DNA of 63,249 bases, the filler included, from Phoronis australis (Eukaryota; Animalia; Phoronida): the NCBI GenBank assembly GCA_002633005.1. It is 5 parts of 5 records of this genome, joined end to end, with 100 filler letters (N's around TTAATTAATTAA, not from the genome) between each part and the next. Parts side by side here need not be neighbours in the genome. Positions count along the whole stretch, not along the records: positions 17,083 to 45,834 come from NMRA01001080.1; 4 more parts are not named here. One strand, given 5' to 3'. A program made the translations under genes and the position numbers. Shown here one piece after another: positions 25,301 to 35,992 of this stretch. How positions within the stretch are numbered: the stretch's first letter is position 1; each line of letters starts with the position of its first letter. The notes under the pieces are model-generated. The model was not told the origin of the DNA and made no database searches. It saw nothing but the letters and a program-made list of their open reading frames with translations.

Positions 25301-28282
25301 CCTTATCATTTAGAATCTCAACAAGAAGCTTCAGGAAAGAAAGTCATCAAGTGGCCAACCCTGGACTATCTTCATTGGCTTACAAAGAGTGGTCATGTAC
25401 CTCGTGACTGCAACATATTTCAGTGTCCTTGAAGTCCATCAATTGTAATAAACACGATTAACAGATTCATAATCCAAAAATCATGTGCTTTTTTCGTGTT
25501 TCTCTGTCAAATTTGGGCAGCAAGATGTAAATTCTGTGTTATTAGTGAGCCCCGGATAGTTGCATTAATATTTATTTACTTGTGACTAATTTCCCACTAA
25601 TTTCCAGTACAGTTTATCTAATAAACTTAAGGTGTTGAAAATATTGTATCACCTATTTGGTATCGCTGTGTAATGTGATTAATCACCTTGACCTTTGACC
25701 TCTGAACTTCATGTCATTCCCTTTGCCTAGGTTGTCACATCTTCTCAGATGCCGGTAACCATGCTTCCATGATCCAGGGTATCCGCAATAGTGGCGTTCC
25801 CAAGCACATTTTCCGACACAATGATCCAGAACACCTGGAGCAGCTGCTGCAGAAAGTAGATGTGTCCGTACCCAAGATTGTCGCTTTTGAAACGGTCCAC
25901 TCCATGTCAGGTGAATGTCACTTTTGAAACGGTCCATTCAGCGTCAGGTGTGAAGCTGAATGCACGTAAGCTATAAAATCTTCTCACGTGGGGGAATTGG
26001 GCAGCCATCCAACATGTGGCATAGTACCTCAAAACCCCTAGTTAAAACCTGAGCAGACAAGTGTCATTCTCAAATGAAAATAAACCATTCATTTGTTTTG
26101 ACAGCTAATATTTTTCTGTCTGCAAGTAGGTATTCACAAAAACACGCTTTCAAGGATTTGCAAGTTCCACATGTGTGGACTGAGTGCTTATCATTGAGAT
26201 TTATGGAAAGTCTTGAATGAGCATTCAGTGATAAGTAGGCGTTGACCTAAAGGGATTTGATTGACAGGTGGGCATTGACCTAAAGAGAATTGATTTATTA
26301 TTAATGTCATGGTCATTCTTCAACTCTTTTGCACAAAAGATAATTACCAAATTTGCCACTTTTCTGTTTTTAAATTTTTACCAGGTGCCGTTAATGGCAG
26401 CTTTTCAGTGCAAACCACGTTACTAATAGAGTAACATGTTAATAATGTTTGTTTTTGTCTGCCATATAGTGTGGTACATAGGCGAAGAATTACCATAATC
26501 GGAATTTAGTCACGGATGGTGTTAATGTGAGTGTTTTATTTTTATTTATTCTCCATTGTCATTACAGGTGCTGTGTGCCCTTTGAAGGAGTTATGTGAAG
26601 TGGCGCACAAGTACGGTGCTCTCACCTTCGTAGATGAAGTGCACGCCGTGGGTCTGTACGGCCGTCATGGGGCAGGCGTGGGTGAACGCGATGACCTCAT
26701 GGACGAGATGGACATAGTGTCTGGCACACTGGGCAAGGCGTATGGTAACATCGGCGGTTACATCGCGGGCTCGGCCAAGTTGATAGACATGTTGAGAAGT
26801 TATGCAGCTGGCTTCATTTTCACCACCTCCCTACCACCCACTGTGTTGGCTGGAGCACTGGCCTCTGTCAAGGTAAGGTCATAGGTCAGGTCATAGGCCA
26901 GAGTCATTGGTCAGAGTGGTAAGTCAGAATCGTTGGTCAGAGTCATAGGTCACAGTCGTAGGTCAGAGTGATAGGTCAGAGTCATAGGGACCTGATCATA
27001 TCAGAGGGGTGGTTATAGGTCAGGGTTACTCTGGAGCTTGGCAACAGGCATGAAAAGTATTCGCTTTGTTATTTAACATTTAGATTCAAGAATGAAATAA
27101 ATCCGTTTCATTAAACATTCAATCACAGATACTTGTGTAAATTTCCTCTTGTTCACACATGTCATTGACCATCTGGATTTTCTAGTAAGCGAGTGTGTAT
27201 TGACTTATATGACACTTTCTCAACACATACGACATCTATGGGGTTGAAACTTAACTACAACTGTACTTCACCTATCCCTTCACTCATTGAACTTCAATTA
27301 TTTACCTCCAGGTGTTGAGGAGTGAAGAAGGAGTTCAGCTGCGCTTGAAGCACCAGGCCAACGTCAAGTACCTGAGAAATGCACTGATGAATGCTGGGAT
27401 ACCCGTCATTCACTGTCCCAGTCACATCATTCCAGTACATGTGAGTAGTGTTTTAATTTTTATGGAAAATAAATGAAGAGTCACTTTACATCAGTTTGCC
27501 ACTTGTGTTGCTGTTAAAGGCACATTTTTTATACTGCTGAAAAACACAATATTAGGATAATTCTTGGATCGGATAGACTTCGAGGTTATTAGCTTTCACC
27601 AGAACTATAAAATCTGGTGGTTTTGTGATTTATTGACAAATCGTTTTTGTTGTTGTCTGCAAGACACTCCCTGAACTCAACGCCAGGGACTTAACCTCTT
27701 AGATATGCATAAAGTACTGACTGCCGTTTGTCAAGTGGGGTTTAGCTCCAACAGCATAGTGATGGACTGCAATTGCACCTGCGAGGGTTCCAGGTGATAT
27801 TCTGCACTTTGAAATTTGTAGGCATTTTATTTTACGAAATGTGAAAGAACACCTTTACTTGTCTGGCTATTTGTGCCTCATTGTTGCTGTTTGACCTTTG
27901 ACCCAGTGACCTAATTCTGTAGGTGGGTGATGCCCAGAAGGCCACCAAGATCATGAATGACCTTATGATGCACCATGGGATATACGTGCAGGCCATCAAC
28001 TACCCAACAGTGGCGCGGGGCGAGGAGAGGCTGCGAATTGCCCCCACTCCCCATCACACCGAGGAGATGATGGATGCCTTTGTAGTCTCCATTGTCGAGG
28101 TGTTCCAGGCCAATGGAGTGGAGCTGCGTACAACACTGTGTGCTCCTGAGTGCGAGCACTGTAAACAGCCCCTCAAGTTTGAGTTCCTGGACATGCGCAT
28201 CCGACCCAGCTGCAGTGGTCAGGATTGCAGTAAGTTCCTCCTGCATGAACCGGAATCCCAACAACAGATGGCACTAGCCTGA
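19325..28282 (+). CDS. ALAS: 5-aminolevulinate synthase, mitochondrial (PLP-dependent, first step of heme synthesis)
   Basis: Coding exons 19325-19475, 21780-21821, 22659-22700, 23786-23896, 24260-24473, 24836-25020, 25731-25910, 26568-26872, 27312-27440 and 27923-28282 join in frame. Presequence MKALKCPFL...QCPIM has CP heme-regulatory motifs. Catalytic motifs: [52 protein letters not shown] (PLP lysine), [18 protein letters not shown]. Confidence 0.96.
20446..21518. mobile_element. Non-autonomous Kolobok-like DNA transposon in an ALAS intron
   Basis: Near-perfect TIRs of about 155 bp (AGGCGAAGGCAACC...GGTTGCCTTCGCCT) with TTAA on both sides (20442-20445, 21519-21522). RR...YY termini plus a TTAA duplication fit Kolobok rather than piggyBac. 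The centre is an N gap. Confidence 0.8.
21527..21700. repeat. 62-bp tandem repeat, about 2.8 copies
   Basis: ATGAATATACCAAGTCCTCAAAC... at 21527, 21589 and 21651. Confidence 0.9.
23211..23407. mobile_element. Palindromic MITE of about 200 bp in an ALAS intron
   Basis: ACCTTGTTCACGCAGTCGCCAT...AGCCTCTTTTTAGGTTT is inversely matched by AAACCTAAAAAGAGGCT...ATGGCGATTGTGTGAATAAGGT. Confidence 0.7.
26876..27025. repeat. Degenerate short-period repeat (GGTCAGAGTCATA)
   Basis: Repeated ggtcag/gtcata units just after an ALAS donor site. Confidence 0.7.
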
Positions 28283-30984
28283 ACCTTAAACTTTGCTTGG
28301 AAGCCTCAGTTTAAGATCATAATTGAGTGTGGCTGGTGATTATTTACAATTAGTTTTTTTGCCTTGACTCCTTTAGGGACTATATTGCTGCAACAATTTA
28401 TTAATAAGAATTAAAGAAATCTAGTTTATTCATTGCATTAATAGCTTGGCTGTCAGTTCGCAGGCACTTTTAATGTAACTATGATGATAGATGGATGCAT
28501 TAAAACCACTTTGCCAGACAAAGGATCACTGTGTTACTGGTAAAGAACTGCTTTTCATGCTCACTACCAACGCTCATCACTTAATGGGTATTTGTAGTGA
28601 CATGATTTTATTAAACTGCATGTTTAAGCTACACCTGACTATATTACGAATTATTCTCAAATTTTTCTACTGTTTATCGTTTTAGATTTTCTTTGTTGTC
28701 ATGTTGATAGTGTCTAAAATGAATGCAATTGGTTCAACAGTAAATTACAGTAGTTATCTTTTGCAACAGATTTAACTACTGAAATGGATGTTTTTGTTGT
28801 AGAATTTTTGTGGTAGTGCTTTTTAAAAATGTGTACTTGCAACTTTAGCTGTAGAATTATGATAATTTTTCGATTATTATTGATTAATCGCTTGAGTCTT
28901 TGGCTACACGTAGTTAAGAATTTAGCAATAACAACAAGAATTCATGGAAACACATGGCATTTAACTTTACTAACTTTGCAGGTTATTCAGGTTAAACACT
29001 GAGTGTTCAAATAGTCTGATGAAAATATGTTATTCAGTTTTTTCTCCCGTCTTGTGTGCTTGGTCAGTCGCAAGGGGGAGTTACTGTACTGAGAGGCTTC
29101 CAAGCAACAACGAGTGGGTTTTGAACTCAGACTGATGACTTGTCAATGACTTGTACTGACTTGACTTTGAAGATAAGTAGACTAGAGGGATTAGATTTTC
29201 CCATCTTGAACTTTATGTGTGGATCTATTAATGAGAATCAACTTTGCTACACTGTCTCTGAAGACAAATTATGAAACCATGTTACATCAACTGTCAGTTA
29301 GGGTTTATCAACTCGTAAAGGCATAAGCTCAAGTGCCATCAGTTGTAGTTCTAGTGCACTCTTTGAATAATTATGGGCTTTCCACCATAACATTGGTCCC
29401 CACTTGTACCTTATTCCATTGACAAGTGTTAAGGCATATCGTCAAATCATTGTCCCGAAAGCAATATGGCTGCAAATAGGCTGCTTCCGTGTCTGTACAC
29501 TAGAGGGAGCTGACCATTGGTAATTTTAGACTGGAACCATGCAGACAATGTAATGATTAAAATGTTTATTAGTCAAGTTTGTCATGTCATTGACATGTCT
29601 ACGTGTCTGACTGACAAGCAATTTTAACAACCTGTTGATGTTTAGGGTGGAGAACATATCAGCCATAGATCTGTAATGGGTGCAAAACCTGAATTGTGTT
29701 TCACGTCACAATTTTAAAGAGGCTCGTCAGTCATGAGATGAATGTCGCGTTTACACTAGTGACCCTAATGTTCACCGTTGCCTCCAGACAGTCATTACTA
29801 TATCCTTGTTTTCAAATGCTTTCCTAGTGAAAAGCAGTCAAAATGCTGATTACAACCCCGTTTGTAACGCTCCTGTGCTTACCTATGATCAATAATTCTG
29901 ACACCTACAGTTTTAAGCTGACAAGGGAAAACTTCGTCGCGTGGAAACAATCCCACACTCCAGCTTTAATATGGTGGTGTGTCTCCATGGTAATGCAAGT
30001 GACTCTAGTCTTGAATATAAACTCTTGTTTATTACACAACTTTTCATGCAGTCTGATATGATTCTCCACCCACATTTCCGTTTGTTAATCAAACAAAATT
30101 TGCAACTTCTTGGTTCCTACGGGTTATGAAACAATTCTTATTTTCTTAAAGGCTATGCGAGACCTTATCAACATGTCTGTGCATTGAGGAAAATTATATT
30201 TGTATGAAAGTACATATATTTTAAAATTGGTAATCTAATAGAGTTTGATTTTCGACTTTTCCAATGTTACATTGCAGGCGTTTATATTTAAAATTCACCA
30301 GACACCTTCATAACAAAACATTATTTGCAACATGCCCAAGTGGTATTTGATACTTTAAAAATTGTTCTAGATCCAATTTTAAAACCTTTTAGTTTTCTAA
30401 TTGGTTTGCTTTCTGTTTATATAACTTTTTCTTAAAAATTATGAAATTCCAAAATTTTATTGTCCTCTGTGGCAAAATGAAACACTTTAGGGCAGTCATC
30501 TGAAATTAGCCACCACTTTTCTAGGGTCTCGCATAGCCTTAAATGAATGTTGACATTTTACACTGTGCCAAGGTTGTGCAGTGGTTAAAGATCTGATAAC
30601 TTGTTGAAAGGAAATTGTCTTCTTCTAAATGTTGTGCTGTTGTTACCAAAAAAATATAAAATATATAACTTCTGTTGTAGCTGGTGAACACTTAATGTTA
30701 AGTGTTTATTAAAGTCTAAAGTTAAGGTCACTAGTGACTAGTGTTAACTCTTTTAAATTTTAAAATTCATGTTTTCGTGAAATTGTTGCTCTAGTTTTGT
30801 TTGTTAATAAATGGACATTTCAACAGGGGCTCAGGTTTTCAGTTGTTCCATGCATGCCATAACTTCACTGCTCATTCAGTGTTAAGTGAGGAGAGTGACC
30901 TATGACCTGGGTTCAGTTTAATGAAAATGTGACACAAGACTCGAGTCAGAAATTTTGTCTTAACACTCCACATAACTATTTCTA

Positions 30985-31128
30985 AAAAAGGCAAAATGCC
31001 ACTCGCGGGATGGATGACATAACAGCAATTGCATAGATATCAGGTCCTCAGTAGCTCAGTGGTAAGAGCCCTTGACCGACAACCTCAAGACCTGCGGTTC
31101 GATTCCCAGTTGGGGTTCCTGATTTTTC
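30985..31128 (+). repeat. Dispersed repeat containing a tRNA-like module
   Basis: TAGCTCAGTGGTAAGAGC...GGTTCGATTCCC; an inverted homolog lies at about 50141-50303. Confidence 0.65.
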
Positions 31129-31145
31129 CGTATTAATTTGATATA

Positions 31146-31276
31146 TCTCACATTTCATATTTCACTAGTTACTGAGATTACTGTCAATTATTTCTATACA
31201 GTGATGTCCTTCTCACATTTCATATTTCACTAGTTACTGAGATTACAGTCAATTATTTCTATACAGTGATGTCCTA
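31146..31276. repeat. 65-bp tandem duplication
   Basis: TCTCACATTTCATATTTCACTAG...GATGTCCT at 31146 and 31211. Confidence 0.9.
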
Positions 31277-32970
31277 CTTATTTGGCTAGAACATTTCAGT
31301 CTCAAGTCGTGTTTACAATACAAAACCCACGTCTCTGTACCTGCATCTATATCAGACCAGGTCATTGATACAGTAACAGTGAACCCTTTGTATTAATAAT
31401 AACACGTTTTATTTATACGTTGAATAGATACAAAATTAAACGTAGTGATTAATTAGTGATGGGAGTCGCATCATGTACACATCAATTGTTACACTGTCCT
31501 GTGTTCTCCACAAATCAAACATCTTGGCAAACCATTATAAAATATGTAATAGGCACTTGACAACCATAAATAAAATTGGAAGTTGCCATAGATACTAGGC
31601 TGGTAGCAGGAATTTCAAATACAATTCAGCGAAGTGCAGGGCTGCAGTAAAAAAATAATCGAACGTTTCCTCGAACGATTCAATCTTCAGCAAGTAAGAA
31701 TGATCAAAATGCTTGTTACTCAGACGGTAAATTTTACTTGCATTCAGCAGTCATGCAGTGGAGTTATGGGTAATTTGGTCAGAATACTTCTGATGTAGTC
31801 TACATTTTAATGAAATAACTCACTCTATGGAAAATGCATCATCTACAGACAAATAAATCAAAAAAAAACATGGAGAGCAATATGACCACCAACATGGCCG
31901 TATTTCATCTTTACAGAGATTAGCCACCCAATTTGTATTATATCACGGACGATACCTGAAATGTCGAGAAAGAATACTGCAGTAGCCATAGTGTCCTATA
32001 GGGATTATTCATGTGTAAAACTTCACAGCTCGTTTATCAGAACGGTAACTTTATGAAACATATTTTGCTATCGACAAAGAAAAACAAACAATGAGGTCAG
32101 CAAAATAGCAAAGAAAGTTGAAAATTTCACATAAAACATCAAGAACCAATAAAGTAATTTTTTCCCACGCAGTCCAACAAAACTGAGTGTTAACCTATTC
32201 TCATTCAGTACTGGTTGGTACAGATTTACAATTTGCTGATAACTCGTAATGTAACTGAACTTACTGTACGTGTCAATTACCACCAAGTCACTGTTAACAT
32301 CATGCTTACAATCGGCACAAGAAGAAACTTCTACAAACGGATGAGCTGCAGGATTTACCTTTCAAGTCTGGTTGTCAGTGGTTACCAACTATTTCACACA
32401 TGGTGTTCATCAACAACCAGTTCACAGTTAAGGATGGTCCTTAAGAGAACTATAAAAAGCACTTCGAAAAGTGCCCACGAACACCATTTTTCAATCAAAG
32501 CCAATATTGGCAAACTGTTTGACTGTTTCACTGTGATCACTTAGTTACTGTCGAATTACAACCATTTTTATTTCGTGAAGCAGAAGAAAAAGACAATCAC
32601 ACTGCAATGATCAGGAATCCAAACCTTCATGCACAGCGCTGAAATCTATAACCCTAATGAACTTGTGATGGAAATCCGTAAGGCTGCTCTAAAACTATTT
32701 TTCGTTACCCTACTCCACTGAGATGGATAGGTTAGTTTGTTGCATTGCTTTTGTTTTTACAACTGAAAAAATGAATTCTTTCATTTGGTTGTATGTAAAA
32801 CACTTTATGAAGGCTGGTCACAGGAGAAGCTATTGAGTTACTTTGACTTCTTTATGGCTGTTGAGAAATTGGTTTCATGATTGTGACAAGTGACCTTGTG
32901 AACACAGATATAAGAACAGTGACTAAGTGGTACGATGTCAGAACAGTAAACGGGGTCCGCAAGCACTTAG

Positions 32971-33240
32971 TTTCCCAGTGAGAAACGATTACTACTGCCA
33001 TCTATTGACAAGAGAACAAAAAGTCTCGAAGTGAGAGACAAGTGCTGCTGCCCTCTACTAATAAGAGAACAAGACTCCCAGTTAAAAACGATTACTACTG
33101 CCCTCTATTGACAAGAGCATAACAAGTCTCCCAGTGAGAGACAATTACTACTGCCCTCTATTGACAAGAGAACAAGTCTCTCAGTGAGAAACAATTACCA
33201 CTGTCCTCTATTGACAAGAGAATACCAAGTCTCCCAGTGA
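32971..33240. repeat. Minisatellite of about 52 bp, about 5 copies
   Basis: ACTACTGCCCTCTATTGACAAGAGAACAAGTCTCCCAGTGAGA units. Confidence 0.85.
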
Positions 33241-33453
33241 CTCGACAATAAGCCACATTGATGCCAAGTTTCCTACTGCCCCCTGTTGAAAGCTGCTACA
33301 AACCTAATTTATGTCAATAATTTCTATTGAAATTTCTTATTGTTACAAAGTTGGTTTCAACATGTTCCTTAATCAGATTAAAAGTCACCTTTGGGCTTAG
33401 GAGGAATTGATATTTTTATACGTAAATCTTGAACCACAGTAAAACTATAGATC

Positions 33454-33604
33454 ACAAACATTTTAAGTGCGATCTGCACGCCAACTGTTGGCCACTTCAC
33501 ATGACCTAATGAACATAAGGGGCAGAAATCTTTTCAGACTCATGTTCATTAGGTCGGGTGATGTGGCCAACAGGTGGCGTGCAGACCAGACTTAAAATGT
33601 TTGT
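33454..33604. repeat. Long inverted repeat downstream of the UBE2N stop (probable 3' UTR)
   Basis: Arms of about 65 bp: ACAAACATTTTAAGT...TCTGCACGCCA..TGTTGGCCAC..GACCTAATGAACAT pairs with ATGTTCATTAGGTC..GTGGCCAACA..TGGCGTGCAGA..ACTTAAAATGTTTGT. Confidence 0.85.
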
Positions 33605-34276
33605 AAAGAATTCATTGTTTTGTGGTAAGATCAGGGTGAATAAGGTTGCTTGGCACTAGGCCAGTCTATTTACAAAGCAGAGTCACAAGAACTTAATGGA
33701 CTTTGTCTATTACCTATTCCCAAGCCCAGAATAAGTCACTTCTGAAGAACAGTCTGTGCTTGAGAAGCACAGAGTACAGGAACAGGTAGAGACCAGTTTA
33801 TTAATGACAAGTGGTATAAATGAAACCAGTCACATTTTGGTTTATAGTAGCTACAAGTCTCCTCATGGTGGACCTGACAATCAGTCACACTGAGCCAGTG
33901 AGGTATCAACTTCACATTTGTGTACAATGACTAAAACACACCCTATACATCACAAAAGGCTTCTTAATAAAATCATCAGTACCCAGTTATATCGCTCAAT
34001 ATGAAATAGCAGTGGTTTGTTTCTCTACAGAAACATGGTAGCAGAAGTCCTCGACGCCATGTGACTGCTTACCCATGCCAATAAAAAGTCGACGGCATGA
34101 AAGAATAGTTATGAATTGTATATTCGTTTTATATGTATCAGACACTAGAGGAGGCTACAGGCAAACATCAGCAACAATCAGACAAAAGAGCAGATAGACA
34201 TATTCCTGCAACAGGGTACATAGACGAGAGAGAGAGAGCAATAACTTAGCAAGTCTTTGAGCCAGGCACCGTCTCA

Positions 34277-34326
34277 TCACTTATCTGGTAACCGTTGTGA
34301 GGCGTACTGACGCGTCCAATTTCGTG
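34277..34326 (-). CDS. UBE2N: Second copy of the UBE2N terminal coding exon ([16 protein letters not shown])
   Basis: Lies inside the duplicated block 33720-35040 / 35436-36770. It has an intact acceptor and differs from the other copy by one amino acid (Q/R) and a silent change. Confidence 0.75.
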
Positions 34327-35017
34327 CTGTAATGGCAAATAAACAGCATTAAACAATTAGTGCTCACAATGGATGCGTTTAATCACCCTGTTTAATTACT
34401 TATCACACGTCATTGCCATGAATAAGGACTTGCAAGCAATCTGAAAACACCGACAAGTCACAGTGTTCAACTCTAAACACTACAATCTATGTTATCATCA
34501 AGGTATGAAACATTAGGTGTTCTTTTTGAGTTCACTCTTTCTGTCAAAGACCACAGAAACAAAATTTAGGAATTACAATGTTAATACTCCCAATATTCAT
34601 GTCTTCAAAGCAAGTCCTTCTAAGTGAAACACTTAAAAGGGGTATCTGAATGTCCCAAACTACATCAATTAATTAAATAATAAACTTGTTTTAACCTACA
34701 CTACGCAGGTCAGATTGTACTTGAATTCACCAGGGTGGAATTTGCATGGAAATAATTAATCCTACAGATGACCTGTGCACTACTGGCGCCCCCTAGTAGC
34801 ACACACCACACAGTGCTATTCCCAGGGCATCATGATACAGCTTACCGGACACGGTTTGGTGATTTGCGATTATTTGTGTCACAAAACTCATTCTTAAAAC
34901 ATTTAGAAAGTTAAATGCTACTTTATGTTCACACTGTCACAGTTTGTTGCAGTTTTAACTTGATAGTCCAAATAATCACAGAAGTATGTGATTAGCTCGC
35001 AAAATTCCATTGTAAAA

Positions 35018-35380
35018 CTCATTACAGTCGTTGTAAGACTCACTACAGTCGTTGTAAGACTCACTACAGTCGTTGTGAGACTCACTACAGTCGTTGTGAG
35101 ACTCACTACAGTCGTTGTGAGACTCACTACAGTCGTTGTGAGACTCACTACAGTCGTTGTGAGACTCACTACAGTCGTTGTGAGACTCACTACAGTCGTT
35201 GTGAGACTCACTACAGTCGTTGTGAGACTCACTACAGTCGTTGTGAGACTCACTACAGTCGTTGTGAGACTCACTACAGTCGTTGTGAGACTCACTACAG
35301 TCGTTGTGAGACTCACTACAGTCGTTGTGAGACTCACTACAGTCGTTGTGAGACTCACTACAGTCGTTGTGAGACTCACT
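35018..35380. repeat. 21-bp VNTR (ACTCACTACAGTCGTTGTGAG)n, about 17 copies, running into a gap
   Basis: Near-perfect tandem array. Confidence 0.97.
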
Positions 35381-35992
35381 NNNNNNNNNNNNNNNNNNNN
35401 NNNNNNNNNNNNNNNNNNNNNNNNNNNNNNNNNNNCCAAGCCCAGAATAAGTCACTTCTGAAGAACAGTCTGTGCTTGGGAAGCACAGAGTACAGGAACA
35501 GGTAGAGACCAGTTTATTAATGACAAGTGGTGTAAATCAAACCAGTCACATTTTGGTTTATAGTAGCTACAAGTCTCCTCGTGATGGACCTGACAATCAG
35601 TCACACTGAGCCAATGAGGTATCAACTTCACATTTGTGTACAATGACTAAAACACACCCTATACATCACAATAGGCTTCTTAATAAAATCATCAGTACCC
35701 CGTTATATCGCTCAATATGAAATAGCAGTGGTTTGTTTCGCTACAGAAACATGGTAGCACAAGTCCTCAACGCCATGTGACTGCTTACCCATGCCAATAA
35801 AAAGTCGACGGCATGAAAGAATAGTTATGAATTGTATATTCGTTTTATATGTATCAGACACTAGAGGAGGCTGCAGGCAAACATCAGCAACAATCAGACA
35901 AAAGAGCAGACAGACATATTCCTGCAACAGGGTACATAGACGAGAGAGAGAGAGCAATAACTTAGCAAGTCTTTAAGCCAGGCGCCGTCTCA

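Noticed and set aside
31044-31118. Functional tRNA gene (also at 1663, 40557 and 46655)
   Set aside because: A/B boxes are present but the acceptor and anticodon stems do not pair.
34918-35461. Repetitive ORFs (VSLTTTV, SESHNDC, RLTTVVV)
   Set aside because: They are translations of the 21-bp VNTR plus Ns.
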